From: Nitrososphaerota archaeon
GTDB taxonomy: Archaea > Thermoproteota > Nitrososphaeria_A > Caldarchaeales > Caldarchaeaceae
Length of the DNA stretch: 64,000 bases
Assembly (NCBI GenBank): GCA_041641305.1
Contig: JBEPYN010000002.1
Location: forward strand, 576,001-640,000
Direction: 5' to 3'
Shown: positions 19,588 through 28,025 of the stretch, piece after piece
Numbering within the stretch: position 1 is the stretch's first letter
Layout: each line of letters starts with the position of its first letter
Notes under the pieces: generated by a model
Databases searched by the model: none
What the model saw: the letters and a program-made list of their open reading frames with translations, nothing else
What the model was told of the DNA's origin: nothing
Position numbers and translations under genes: made by a program

Positions 19588-20166
19588 ATGCAAAACATGG
19601 CGGATATAAATCAGGCTAGAATGATTGGCGGTATAGGCTCTATTCTTCTTGTTCTCGCAATCGTGCCGAGTGTCGGACCTGTTCTCAGCATCGTCGGCTT
19701 CATCTTAGTATTGCTGGCGTTGAAGTATGTGGCTGATGCTGTTCAGCAGCGGGCGATTTTTCAGAACGCTTTATACGCTGTTATCGTCGGGATAATAGGT
19801 GCCATTATCGGTATTGTGCTTGGCGGTGCGACGTTTTTCGCGTTTACAGGGTTTGGCTTAGGTCCAGCAGAGTCACCGGCAGACTTTCTCTCGTTGTTGA
19901 CGGGGATTCTCGTGGCAATCGTTGTTGTGTGGATTTTCGCCGTCATCTCAGCATTCTTTTTCAGAAAATCGCTGTATTTAACGGGGGACAGCCTAGGCAT
20001 AAAACTATTCAGAACAAGCGGCCTCCTGCTGTTTCTCGGAGCCATTCTCACAATAATTCTTGTTGGGTTTATTCTATCACTTGTCGCGTACATTCTGCTG
20101 GCCGTGGCCTTTTTCCAAATTCCTCAGACAGGTGCGCAGCCTCCACCGCCTCCACCACCGCCCTAA
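19588..20166 (+). CDS. DUF996-family membrane protein
   Basis: GGIGSILL, VG.ILVLLA, LF.TSGLL..LGA.L.IILVG, AVAFF, Pro-rich tail. Confidence 0.8.
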   Translation: MQNMADINQARMIGGIGSILLVLAIVPSVGPVLSIVGFILVLLALKYVADAVQQRAIFQNALYAVIVGIIGAIIGIVLGGATFFAFTGFGLGPAESPADFLSLLTGILVAIVVVWIFAVISAFFFRKSLYLTGDSLGIKLFRTSGLLLFLGAILTIILVGFILSLVAYILLAVAFFQIPQTGAQPPPPPPPP

Positions 20167-20900
20167 CCCACTGCGAGATCCTCTAGAGACTTCATAAGTG
20201 AAGAGGCGAACCCTCTATCCTTCACCCAGACAACCACGGGCTCGTCGTCGAGGGGCAGACCTATAATAGCCTCGCCGCCATCAGTAACCAGAATATCCAA
20301 TAGAACAGCCTCGCTGAAATAGACTTTTGCACCGATTTTCTCGAAGAACCAGTAGTCATCTTGATTTGGCTGAACTGAGGGATGCAGTATGAAGGTGAAT
20401 GTTTTGTCCGGAAACCCTGCGACAACTTTCTTAAACTCCTCCTTAAGTTTAGCCGCTTTCTTGACCGCGAAAATGAACTTGTTACCCGTATAGACCATTT
20501 CACTAAGCTTAACCAAAACTGGCTGAAGCCCCTTCAGTATAGAGGCATGCGCCTCGACATCTTCTCGTCTCCGGAGCCTCGAGACAACTGGAACAAGTTG
20601 CTCAATCATCCTCTTTTTCTCCATCATCTGCGACTCCTGACTCGTCCGCTCCCTCTCAAGCCACATGGTGAAGGCGGAGACTGGGTCGGAAACTCCGTAG
20701 CCGTTGCTGGTCTTAGTCAAAAACCCGTTCTCATACAAACTCGATAGAACATCGTAAACACGTGTAATTGGGATTTTTGATCTGCGGGCTATGTCGGCTG
20801 GCCTGCTGTATCCCTTCAATACAGCGACATAGGCCCTCGCCTGATACTTATTGAAGCCGAAAACCTTTTGCAGCGTCTCCGCCAGCTCGTTTTCCTCCAC
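20163..20900 (-). CDS. TrmB-family transcriptional regulator
   Basis: FGFNKYQARAY, IP.TRVYDVLSSL..GF; C-terminal effector domain. Confidence 0.88.
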   Translation of the reverse strand: MEENELAETLQKVFGFNKYQARAYVAVLKGYSRPADIARRSKIPITRVYDVLSSLYENGFLTKTSNGYGVSDPVSAFTMWLERERTSQESQMMEKKRMIEQLVPVVSRLRRREDVEAHASILKGLQPVLVKLSEMVYTGNKFIFAVKKAAKLKEEFKKVVAGFPDKTFTFILHPSVQPNQDDYWFFEKIGAKVYFSEAVLLDILVTDGGEAIIGLPLDDEPVVVWVKDRGFASSLMKSLEDLAVG

Positions 20901-20955
20901 GCAGCATGTTATGAGAGCAACCGTTTAAATTTGTCCACAGCATCTATCAGGGAGG

Positions 20956-21660
20956 ATGCAGAAACGGGAGTATGGACTAGGCCCAGATTGGTGGCCTGTT
21001 ATGAGGTCTTTGGAGAAGCTGGCCCCCGTGTATGATAGGTTGAACAAAACAATTTCTTTCAACACGGATGTGGGGCTTAGGGTTGAGTGTCTCGAGGGCA
21101 ACGTGGGTGTGGTGGATAGGGTGCTTAACGCGGGGTCTGGGCCCGGTGTCTTCACCGAGATTTTGCTCGAGACGCAGAAGTGGCAGGGTGACGCGGTCTT
21201 GCTCGACCCCCTGCCCACCATGCATATGCTTGCCCGAGAGAAGGTGCCTCATAACATATCGCATCAGGTGGCTGGGGTTTTTGAGCGGATGCCCTTTAGA
21301 GAAGATGTGTTCGACACTGTTTTGATGGGTTTCTCGCTGCGAGACGCGTCCAACATGGCCAAAGCTCTTTCCGAGATCCGGAAAATATTGAGAAAAGGTG
21401 GCCGACTGCTCGTCGTTGACCTCGGCAAGCCGGCTAACATTTTGAAAAGATTCGCGATAGGCGTTTACTGGGCTTTGGTGGCCCCTGTCCTGGCCTCGTT
21501 TAAGCTGGGGAAAACAGGGTTAGAGGCCGCCGCAATCTACAGAACCTACCGGCGGCTCCCGACAAATACGGAGCTAAAATCCCTGCTTAAGATGTTCTTC
21601 GAAACAGTTGAGGTTAGGGAGAAAATTCTCGGCGGTGTGGTGGTCGTTAGGGCCGGCTGA
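20956..21660 (+). CDS. UbiE/MenG-family SAM-dependent methyltransferase
   Basis: APVYDRLNKTISF, VLNAGSGPG, MPFR..FD, GFSLR, L.KGGRL. Confidence 0.85.
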   Translation: MQKREYGLGPDWWPVMRSLEKLAPVYDRLNKTISFNTDVGLRVECLEGNVGVVDRVLNAGSGPGVFTEILLETQKWQGDAVLLDPLPTMHMLAREKVPHNISHQVAGVFERMPFREDVFDTVLMGFSLRDASNMAKALSEIRKILRKGGRLLVVDLGKPANILKRFAIGVYWALVAPVLASFKLGKTGLEAAAIYRTYRRLPTNTELKSLLKMFFETVEVREKILGGVVVVRAG

Positions 21661-21698
21661 AAACATTATTAAACCCTCGGGCCCACTTTATCCAGATA

Positions 21699-23162
21699 AT
21701 GGAGAGCACCGACCTGGAGAAATCGCTGTTCCCAACTGGCCATCAGGTATTCGACCGAATAGTTTACTTCAGACACGGTATGACCGTGCTTGTCACCGAC
21801 GAGACCTTCAGCGAAGCAAAAACATTCCTACGCACGCTTCTGAAGAATCATCAACAATCGCTTATAGAGCTTGTGTCAACCCGCTACCCCCAAACAGATC
21901 CCAAACAGGTTCCAGTACCGATAGAGGCGCTGCAAGACCTATCGATAAACGTGAACCAGAAAAGGAGAGCCGAGAAAAACCGGATATTCATTCACAGCTA
22001 TCTCCCAGAGCTGCTCATCCGCCACAACGGCGACGAGGTGCTCAAGCTTTTAGAGATGTGGCAAAAAGACGTCGCCAACTCCGGAAACCTTGAGTTCTAT
22101 CTCCTTCCACGCAACACCTTCGCAGACTTCGAGAGAAAAGCCAAAGCAATCGTCGACGCCGCAATAGAGATTCAGGTCATTAAAGAAAACAACCAGTTCC
22201 TCTACTACTTCACACCCATTAGATCATGCTCACCAGCCCACCACCTGAAAAACATACGATACGAAATCAAAGAAGACCAACTACTAATAGAATGGGAGGG
22301 GGTTATGTTAGAAACATTCACAACGGAACAGCTAACAAGCAAACAAATCAGAGAAAAGATTGAAACACATGAAGACCAGATAATCATAACATTGGGAAAA
22401 TTCGACCCTAAAAACTTCTCGGTAGAAGACTATGTCTTACTAACATCGCTTAACGGGGAACGCCTTTCAGACTTTAAATTACTCTACCCTGACAGATGGG
22501 ATGAGATTCTAGATAAGATAACATTCTGGACTTTAACAGGTGTCATAAAAATGGAGGAAACCCACCCGGTTAAGAGTCACAAGATACGTAACAGGTTAAA
22601 ATTCAAGAGCAAACTACTGTTAAAAGTTCCACCGAGAATTGGCTTAAAACTAGTATCGTTGTTCGAAGGCGTCCTAGGGAAGAGGCTGAGAACAGTTCCT
22701 CTTGATGCTCATTTGGCTGTATTAGATGCTGTTAAGAACATTGTTGACGTGGTTTCCGCAGAAAGGCCTGAACTAAGAAGAGAGGCTCAACTTGCAACAA
22801 GGTATTTTGGAGAATTATCAGCTAGGAGAACGGCATTAGAACATGTTATAAGGCTCGAAGGTACACCCTATACCGTTTTTAACCTCGAAGATGTACCGAG
22901 TTTAATTGCGCTCACATTAAAGATTGGATGGGGATTAGACACAAAATTCATCTCTACAACTAAAGGAAGTTGGCTCTTTGAGATAACTAAATGTCATCTA
23001 TGTGAAGGCATAATAGATAAAGAGCCATTTTGTGACAAATTTGTTTCAAGCGTAGTGGTAGGAGCTCTGTCAGTCTGTTTAAAGAGACGTTTTGAATGCT
23101 TCGAAGTCACCTGTAGGGCCGCAGGGTCCGATAAATGCCGTTTCAAAACATTCACTGTTTGA
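21699..23162 (+). CDS. Degenerate KaiC/RAD55-like ATPase domain fused to a C-terminal V4R ligand-binding domain
   Basis: N-terminal PTG..FD..G.TVLV.DETFSEAKTF (broken Walker A), IHSY (broken IDS), IVDAAIEI, Y.I..D.L; C-terminal CHLC...PFC...EVTCRAAGSDKCRF (V4R). Confidence 0.78.
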   Translation: MESTDLEKSLFPTGHQVFDRIVYFRHGMTVLVTDETFSEAKTFLRTLLKNHQQSLIELVSTRYPQTDPKQVPVPIEALQDLSINVNQKRRAEKNRIFIHSYLPELLIRHNGDEVLKLLEMWQKDVANSGNLEFYLLPRNTFADFERKAKAIVDAAIEIQVIKENNQFLYYFTPIRSCSPAHHLKNIRYEIKEDQLLIEWEGVMLETFTTEQLTSKQIREKIETHEDQIIITLGKFDPKNFSVEDYVLLTSLNGERLSDFKLLYPDRWDEILDKITFWTLTGVIKMEETHPVKSHKIRNRLKFKSKLLLKVPPRIGLKLVSLFEGVLGKRLRTVPLDAHLAVLDAVKNIVDVVSAERPELRREAQLATRYFGELSARRTALEHVIRLEGTPYTVFNLEDVPSLIALTLKIGWGLDTKFISTTKGSWLFEITKCHLCEGIIDKEPFCDKFVSSVVVGALSVCLKRRFECFEVTCRAAGSDKCRFKTFTV

Positions 23163-23179
23163 AGAAAAACTTTACAGCT

Positions 23180-24025
23180 ATGAACCATAATACAATCCGA
23201 AAAATTAAGGGGTTTGTGGCCTTGTCCAAGTCGTATTTCTCCCTCCTAACCTCCACGTTTATGGCCTCAATTACTGTCCTGCTTGTTGCAAATCCTCATC
23301 CCTCACAATTCATTAACATTGTGTTGTTCTTCTTTTTATCGACATTTTTTCTGAACAGCTATAACAACTTAGCGGACATCAATTCGGATATCTTGACTAA
23401 AGAAAATTTTCCTTTGACGAAGGGAGTTATTTCACCTAGGGAAGCTGCGATATTTTCTGCATTAGTTTTTCTAACCGCCACACTCGCGCTAATTCCGTTA
23501 ATGATGCAGAATTTATTGGTATTTTTTGTTCTTTCACTCGACCTACTCCTAGGATATGTATATTCAGTGCCAAAGATTAGGTTGAAAAAGTATCCAATAA
23601 TAAAGGGCTCTGCCCTGATAACGCATACGGTTTTCTTCCCCGTATTGGCCGGCACCTTTTTGACTGGAAAGGATGTTTTCGATTATTGCGCGATAATGGT
23701 TCCCATCTATTTCATGGGGCTAGCTGTTCACACAGTTCAGGATATAGGTGATGTCCGCGGTGACTTGGCAGTGGGCGATAAAACTTTGCCATTGATACTA
23801 GGTCTCAGGAAGTCTGTCTGGTTAGTATTAGCTCTAATAACAATTGCCGCTTTATACTCATGGATACTAGTTGACACCGAATACTTGATCATAATCATGC
23901 CGCTGTTTCTCGTTCAAGGTCTTCTGTTCAGCATACTGCTCCAAAAGCCAAACCTATGGGAAAGGGTTTACAAGGGTTCAGCCCTTATTTCACTTATTGT
24001 ACTAGTCTTGTTTTTAGTTAGATGA
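23180..24025 (+). CDS. UbiA-family membrane prenyltransferase
   Basis: NSYNNLADINSD...PL.KG.IS, YSVP..RLK, QDIGDVRGD...G.KTLP; about 8-9 TM helices. Confidence 0.9.
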   Translation: MNHNTIRKIKGFVALSKSYFSLLTSTFMASITVLLVANPHPSQFINIVLFFFLSTFFLNSYNNLADINSDILTKENFPLTKGVISPREAAIFSALVFLTATLALIPLMMQNLLVFFVLSLDLLLGYVYSVPKIRLKKYPIIKGSALITHTVFFPVLAGTFLTGKDVFDYCAIMVPIYFMGLAVHTVQDIGDVRGDLAVGDKTLPLILGLRKSVWLVLALITIAALYSWILVDTEYLIIIMPLFLVQGLLFSILLQKPNLWERVYKGSALISLIVLVLFLVR

Positions 24026-25178
24026 TGTCTGAATAATGCAAAATCTTATCAGAGCAGCGTGGATACAAGAAGTCAACGAAATTTACTGGGTTCTTCGACT
24101 GGTAAAACCATTTGCGAACAGAAAAGATTCTGAGAACATTCATGCTCGCTATTAGACTGTCCACATCGAAGTCAATACATTTTGAGGCTTTTTTCATAAA
24201 TTTAATCCCTTTCAGATAATAAAGGTCGCCGAGCCTAATCGTCTGACTTTTGATGAAACCATTTTTTAGTGATTCTTTCGCATCTGCCATCAACCCTAAG
24301 TCACGTCCCAGATAGACAACGCTGTTAAGTATACCTAGTTCGATGTCAACCTTTAGGTCTGCGACATCATCATATAGATTGGCTGCTTTCAGTACGTAGT
24401 CGAACCCTTTTCTCAAGTAATCAAACCCCTCAATTTCGCGTGGTGTTCTAATGCATAAGTTCTCTAACATACATAGGTCGAGTCCCACCCAGATTCTTCC
24501 CACGCCTTTCTCATTCATCTCTCTAAGATAGTCGCGGATTGTCAGGTTTTCACGCGCAAGTTGGTTTTGCTGTCTAAATGATGCTTTTTGGCCGGAAAAA
24601 TAGAGGTCAAGGTCTCTTAGAAATTCTATGCTCGACATCGTTGCAGGATTTGGAAGTGATTGGAGCCATTTGTTGACGAGGAGTGCCAGTAATATACATG
24701 AGTTTTCAGCTCGTTTTACGATGTCGTTGTTTCCAGCTGATATGTATATGCCTTCTTCGATGGCTTTTTTCTGTCTATGGAGCGAGTGCTCAGCCTCTTC
24801 GGTTGTGTGAAAGGTGTCGTTGATGTTGTCGAGGACTTTTATGCTGAGAATTAGCGCCATCTTGGCGAGAACTGTTGAGAGAATTTGTGTTCTCGTAGCT
24901 TTTTTGTGAAGAAGCGGGTAGGCTGAGATGGTTGCCATGTATGACGAGTACGGCAAATACTTCTCTTTCATGACGCCGAGGTTCATCATTTCCTCGAGGC
25001 TTGCCGTCTCCTCTCCTCCTAGGATGTTTTCCATGGTTTTGCGGAAGTAGTTGGATGTTTCCCGTATGATGCAAAGCATCTGCGACAGGTTTTTCCTGTT
25101 GCCCGCTATGTATCGTAGCATCAACAGGCCCGCGGCTTTTGTAAAGTGGTCTAACCCCTCCCCCCTATTCTGATTCAT
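24018..25178 (-). CDS. Class I isoprenoid-synthase/terpene-synthase fold protein
   Basis: First Asp-rich motif VLDNIND, SGQ, Y...M.EKG.G, second motif NLYDDVAD..VD..LG.LN; predicted all-helical. Confidence 0.7.
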   Translation of the reverse strand: MNQNRGEGLDHFTKAAGLLMLRYIAGNRKNLSQMLCIIRETSNYFRKTMENILGGEETASLEEMMNLGVMKEKYLPYSSYMATISAYPLLHKKATRTQILSTVLAKMALILSIKVLDNINDTFHTTEEAEHSLHRQKKAIEEGIYISAGNNDIVKRAENSCILLALLVNKWLQSLPNPATMSSIEFLRDLDLYFSGQKASFRQQNQLARENLTIRDYLREMNEKGVGRIWVGLDLCMLENLCIRTPREIEGFDYLRKGFDYVLKAANLYDDVADLKVDIELGILNSVVYLGRDLGLMADAKESLKNGFIKSQTIRLGDLYYLKGIKFMKKASKCIDFDVDSLIASMNVLRIFSVRKWFYQSKNPVNFVDFLYPRCSDKILHYSDII

Positions 25179-25210
25179 GTTAAAATTATTTTGACGCTGG
25201 AAAATAAGGT

Positions 25211-25963
25211 TTAGATAACTTTCTCGGTGGGGTAAACCTCCAAGCCGCCAATCACGAATTTATAGGGATGAGGCTCTACGTCGTGGTCCACTCCCCTCAT
25301 TTTCTCGACTTGAATCGAGCTTGCAACGGTTGCATTCTTAAGATATTTTCTCAGAATTATTACACCGTCCGCCAAATACTCTTCGAACTGATAGGGTCTC
25401 TCGGCTCCGCTGTAACGTAGCTCTGTCAGCAGGAGGGTGGTGCACCTTAACGGCGTTATCCCCTCTAAAAGCTCCAGAAAAGCCGCCCGCCTCTCCGCAA
25501 CCCGTGGATACTGTATGAAGAAGGATGTTAGAGAGTCGATGACAAGTCTTTTCGCGTTGATGTTTCTTACATGGTTTCCGACGGCCGCTATCAAGGCCGC
25601 GAGGGAGAAATCTTTTTTACCGATGGATATGCCGCCGAGCTTTATCTCACCCGGTATCGTTCTAATCGGAGATGCGTCGACTATCGATAATCTGCCTTCT
25701 TTTATAAAAGGCTCAAGGTCTATGCCCAGGTTTGCCACGTTACGGAGAACGCTTTCAGGCCTCTCATCGAGAGTCACGTATATGCCGTTCTCTCCTTTTA
25801 GGCATCCGTGGTACAGGTACTGGAGGCCGAGGGTGGTTTTCCCGGAGCCGGGGGAGCCCATGACCACGATGTTAAACCCGGCGGGAAACCCCTTATTCCC
25901 CAAGAGAACGTCAAGGCCGCTGACGCCCGTGCTTATATACTCCATTCTTTCTCCATCAATCAC
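25211..25963 (-). CDS. KaiC/RAD55-family single-domain ATPase
   Basis: STGVSGLD, GSPGSGKTT, YVTLDE, LVIDS, EYLADGVIIL, EKMRG. Confidence 0.93.
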   Translation of the reverse strand: MIDGERMEYISTGVSGLDVLLGNKGFPAGFNIVVMGSPGSGKTTLGLQYLYHGCLKGENGIYVTLDERPESVLRNVANLGIDLEPFIKEGRLSIVDASPIRTIPGEIKLGGISIGKKDFSLAALIAAVGNHVRNINAKRLVIDSLTSFFIQYPRVAERRAAFLELLEGITPLRCTTLLLTELRYSGAERPYQFEEYLADGVIILRKYLKNATVASSIQVEKMRGVDHDVEPHPYKFVIGGLEVYPTEKVI

Positions 25964-26031
25964 GCATAAATTGAATGTAAGAATGATATAAAATTTTGAA
26001 GAACTCTTTTTACCGGCAGTAGGGAGGTTCC

Positions 26032-26856
26032 TTGGGTTTGCGGAGGTACTTGGTGGCCGTTTTACCGGTTTTGACGACTTTGGTTTTTGCTATGGTTTTT
26101 CAGTCGCTGTTGAGTGGTGTGATGTTGCCTCAGCCTCCGCTGGCGCCGTTGCAGGAAGAGGATGAGGATGTGGCTGTTCTAGGGTCTCCCACACCCTATC
26201 TAAACAGCCTGATTGTGATAGCGGTTATTTTTTTGGGCAGCCTCGCTATGCTCTGGCTTATACGATACCGCAGAGCCCTCGCAGTCATCGTGTCGGTGGT
26301 GCTTTTCGCCACCGCGGCTTCTGTCACTTTCCTTTTCCTGTTTATTTCGACCAGTCTGGGAGAGGATGTGTTGTTGGGTGTCTCGGTGATGGTGGGCGGG
26401 CTGGTTTTGGCGGGAGTGTTTTCGAGGCGTGAAGTGTTTAACGTGTTGGCTGCGGCTTATGTGGCTTCAGCGAGCGGCGTGATTTTCGGAATTTCCCTGC
26501 CTTTCTGGACATCGCTTGTCCTGCTTGGAGCAGTTGCGGTTTACGACGTGGTCGCGGTTTTCAGGGGCCATTTGAAGAGGCTGGGAAACATGGATATGGG
26601 GGAGCTGAGAGGACTGGTTGTTACTGTCGAGGGCCTCAGCATAGGGTTGGGCGACCTCTTCTTCTACTCCGTTGCCCAGAGCTTCGCGGCAAGCAACCTC
26701 GGTTGGATGTCGGGGATGGCAGCCTCCGCAGGCCTCATAGCCGGATACCTCTTAACCATCAAGCTTGCGGAAACGAGGCCTGTCTTTCCCGGGCTGCCGC
26801 TCACTCTGCTGGTTGCGATGGTCTGCGCTTTTCTCATCACTCTCATACCACTGTGA
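26032..26856 (+). CDS. Presenilin/SPP-family (GxGD) intramembrane aspartyl protease
   Basis: AVYDVVAVF, IGLGDLFFYS, PGLP (PAL-motif variant); about 9 TM. Confidence 0.85.
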   Translation: MGLRRYLVAVLPVLTTLVFAMVFQSLLSGVMLPQPPLAPLQEEDEDVAVLGSPTPYLNSLIVIAVIFLGSLAMLWLIRYRRALAVIVSVVLFATAASVTFLFLFISTSLGEDVLLGVSVMVGGLVLAGVFSRREVFNVLAAAYVASASGVIFGISLPFWTSLVLLGAVAVYDVVAVFRGHLKRLGNMDMGELRGLVVTVEGLSIGLGDLFFYSVAQSFAASNLGWMSGMAASAGLIAGYLLTIKLAETRPVFPGLPLTLLVAMVCAFLITLIPL

Positions 26857-26859
26857 AAG

Positions 26860-27729
26860 ATGATGACACCTGAGGAGGTTGCGAGATGCTGCACACTCGG
26901 CCTCTTGCTTGAGCTCGCGACATCGCCAAAACCCGGGCTGGTTGACAGGCTGTCCAATCCCGCTGCCTATGCACAGTTCACCGCCTCTGCCGTCGCGCTG
27001 TATAGATCTTTTTTGAATGCAGGTAAAGGCATGACCGTTGGCGAGGCCGTTCTACATTCATCCCGTGAGATGCTGAGCTGGCAGAAAGGAGGGAACACAC
27101 ATCTCGGCGCCATCCTACTTTTAACACCCATCGCAAAAGCAGCCGTCGCTGCACAAAAATTCGGGAATCTACGCCGCAGCTTATCGAAAACACTCAAGGA
27201 AATGGATCACAGAGACTTGCACAAGATCTTGACCGCCATAAAGCTGGTGCAGCCTGGTGCGCTGGGAAAGGTAGCATACCTTGACGTTAACAACGTGAAA
27301 ACATACGAATTGGTGAAGCGTCGCAAGACCTCTGTCACCGAAGCGTTTAAACCCTACACACGTGTTGAAGTCGTAGCTCATGAATACTGCACAAACTACC
27401 AAGCCAGCATAATGTATGGCTACCGGTATCTAAAAAAAAGAATAGACCACGAGGACTGGAACACGGCGGGGCTAAACACGTTCCTAAACATTTTACAGAA
27501 TCTCCCGGATAGCCACGTGTCACGCAGGCAGGGTAGACACGCCGCCAGAATTCTCTCCAGAATGGCTAAACAGGTTCTCGATGCTGGGGGAGTGGGCACT
27601 GCTGAAGGCGGCCGCAGATACACTCAGCTAATCAAAATCGTTAAGAGAGCGGGAATGAAGCCCGCTGCGGCCGCAGACATATTGGCCGTAGCCTACACCC
27701 TGCTTCTGCTAAACGGCTGGAGACCATGA
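26860..27729 (+). CDS. citG: CitG-family triphosphoribosyl-dephospho-CoA synthase-like protein
   Basis: LE...PKPGLVDR, GGNTHLGAILL, PDSHV.R..G, P.A.AD. Confidence 0.85.
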   Translation: MMTPEEVARCCTLGLLLELATSPKPGLVDRLSNPAAYAQFTASAVALYRSFLNAGKGMTVGEAVLHSSREMLSWQKGGNTHLGAILLLTPIAKAAVAAQKFGNLRRSLSKTLKEMDHRDLHKILTAIKLVQPGALGKVAYLDVNNVKTYELVKRRKTSVTEAFKPYTRVEVVAHEYCTNYQASIMYGYRYLKKRIDHEDWNTAGLNTFLNILQNLPDSHVSRRQGRHAARILSRMAKQVLDAGGVGTAEGGRRYTQLIKIVKRAGMKPAAAADILAVAYTLLLLNGWRP

Positions 27730-27734
27730 TTTCC

Positions 27735-28025
27735 TCATGCCCGTGAGAGGTAGATGAAGATTGTGAAGCCTGCGAAACCTATTACGTTGAGCATGAGCAG
27801 CGGCGTCGCGATATGCATTTCTTCGCTGTAGGCGAAGGACATCATGTAGAAAATGTATGCGGCGTATAGATGTTGAATTAGGAAAACCGTGGTCAAGGCA
27901 ACCAAGGCGTTCGTGAACTTTGTTCTCGCATATTTTCTGGTGAGGAGATAGTTGCGTAAGGAGTAGAGCAGCCCAATCACAATCATCAGCGATATCAGGA
28001 TGTTTATCAGCCAGAGCGGGCCCAT
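27735..28025 (-). CDS. Small 3-TM membrane protein
   Basis: 96 aa with three hydrophobic helices; overlaps the upstream wHTH gene. Confidence 0.7.
   Translation of the reverse strand: MGPLWLINILISLMIVIGLLYSLRNYLLTRKYARTKFTNALVALTTVFLIQHLYAAYIFYMMSFAYSEEMHIATPLLMLNVIGFAGFTIFIYLSRA

Noticed and set aside
25211-25963. Circadian clock (kaiABC)
   Set aside because: Single-domain RAD55/KaiC-like ATPase with no kaiA or kaiB; this family is widespread in archaea without clock function.
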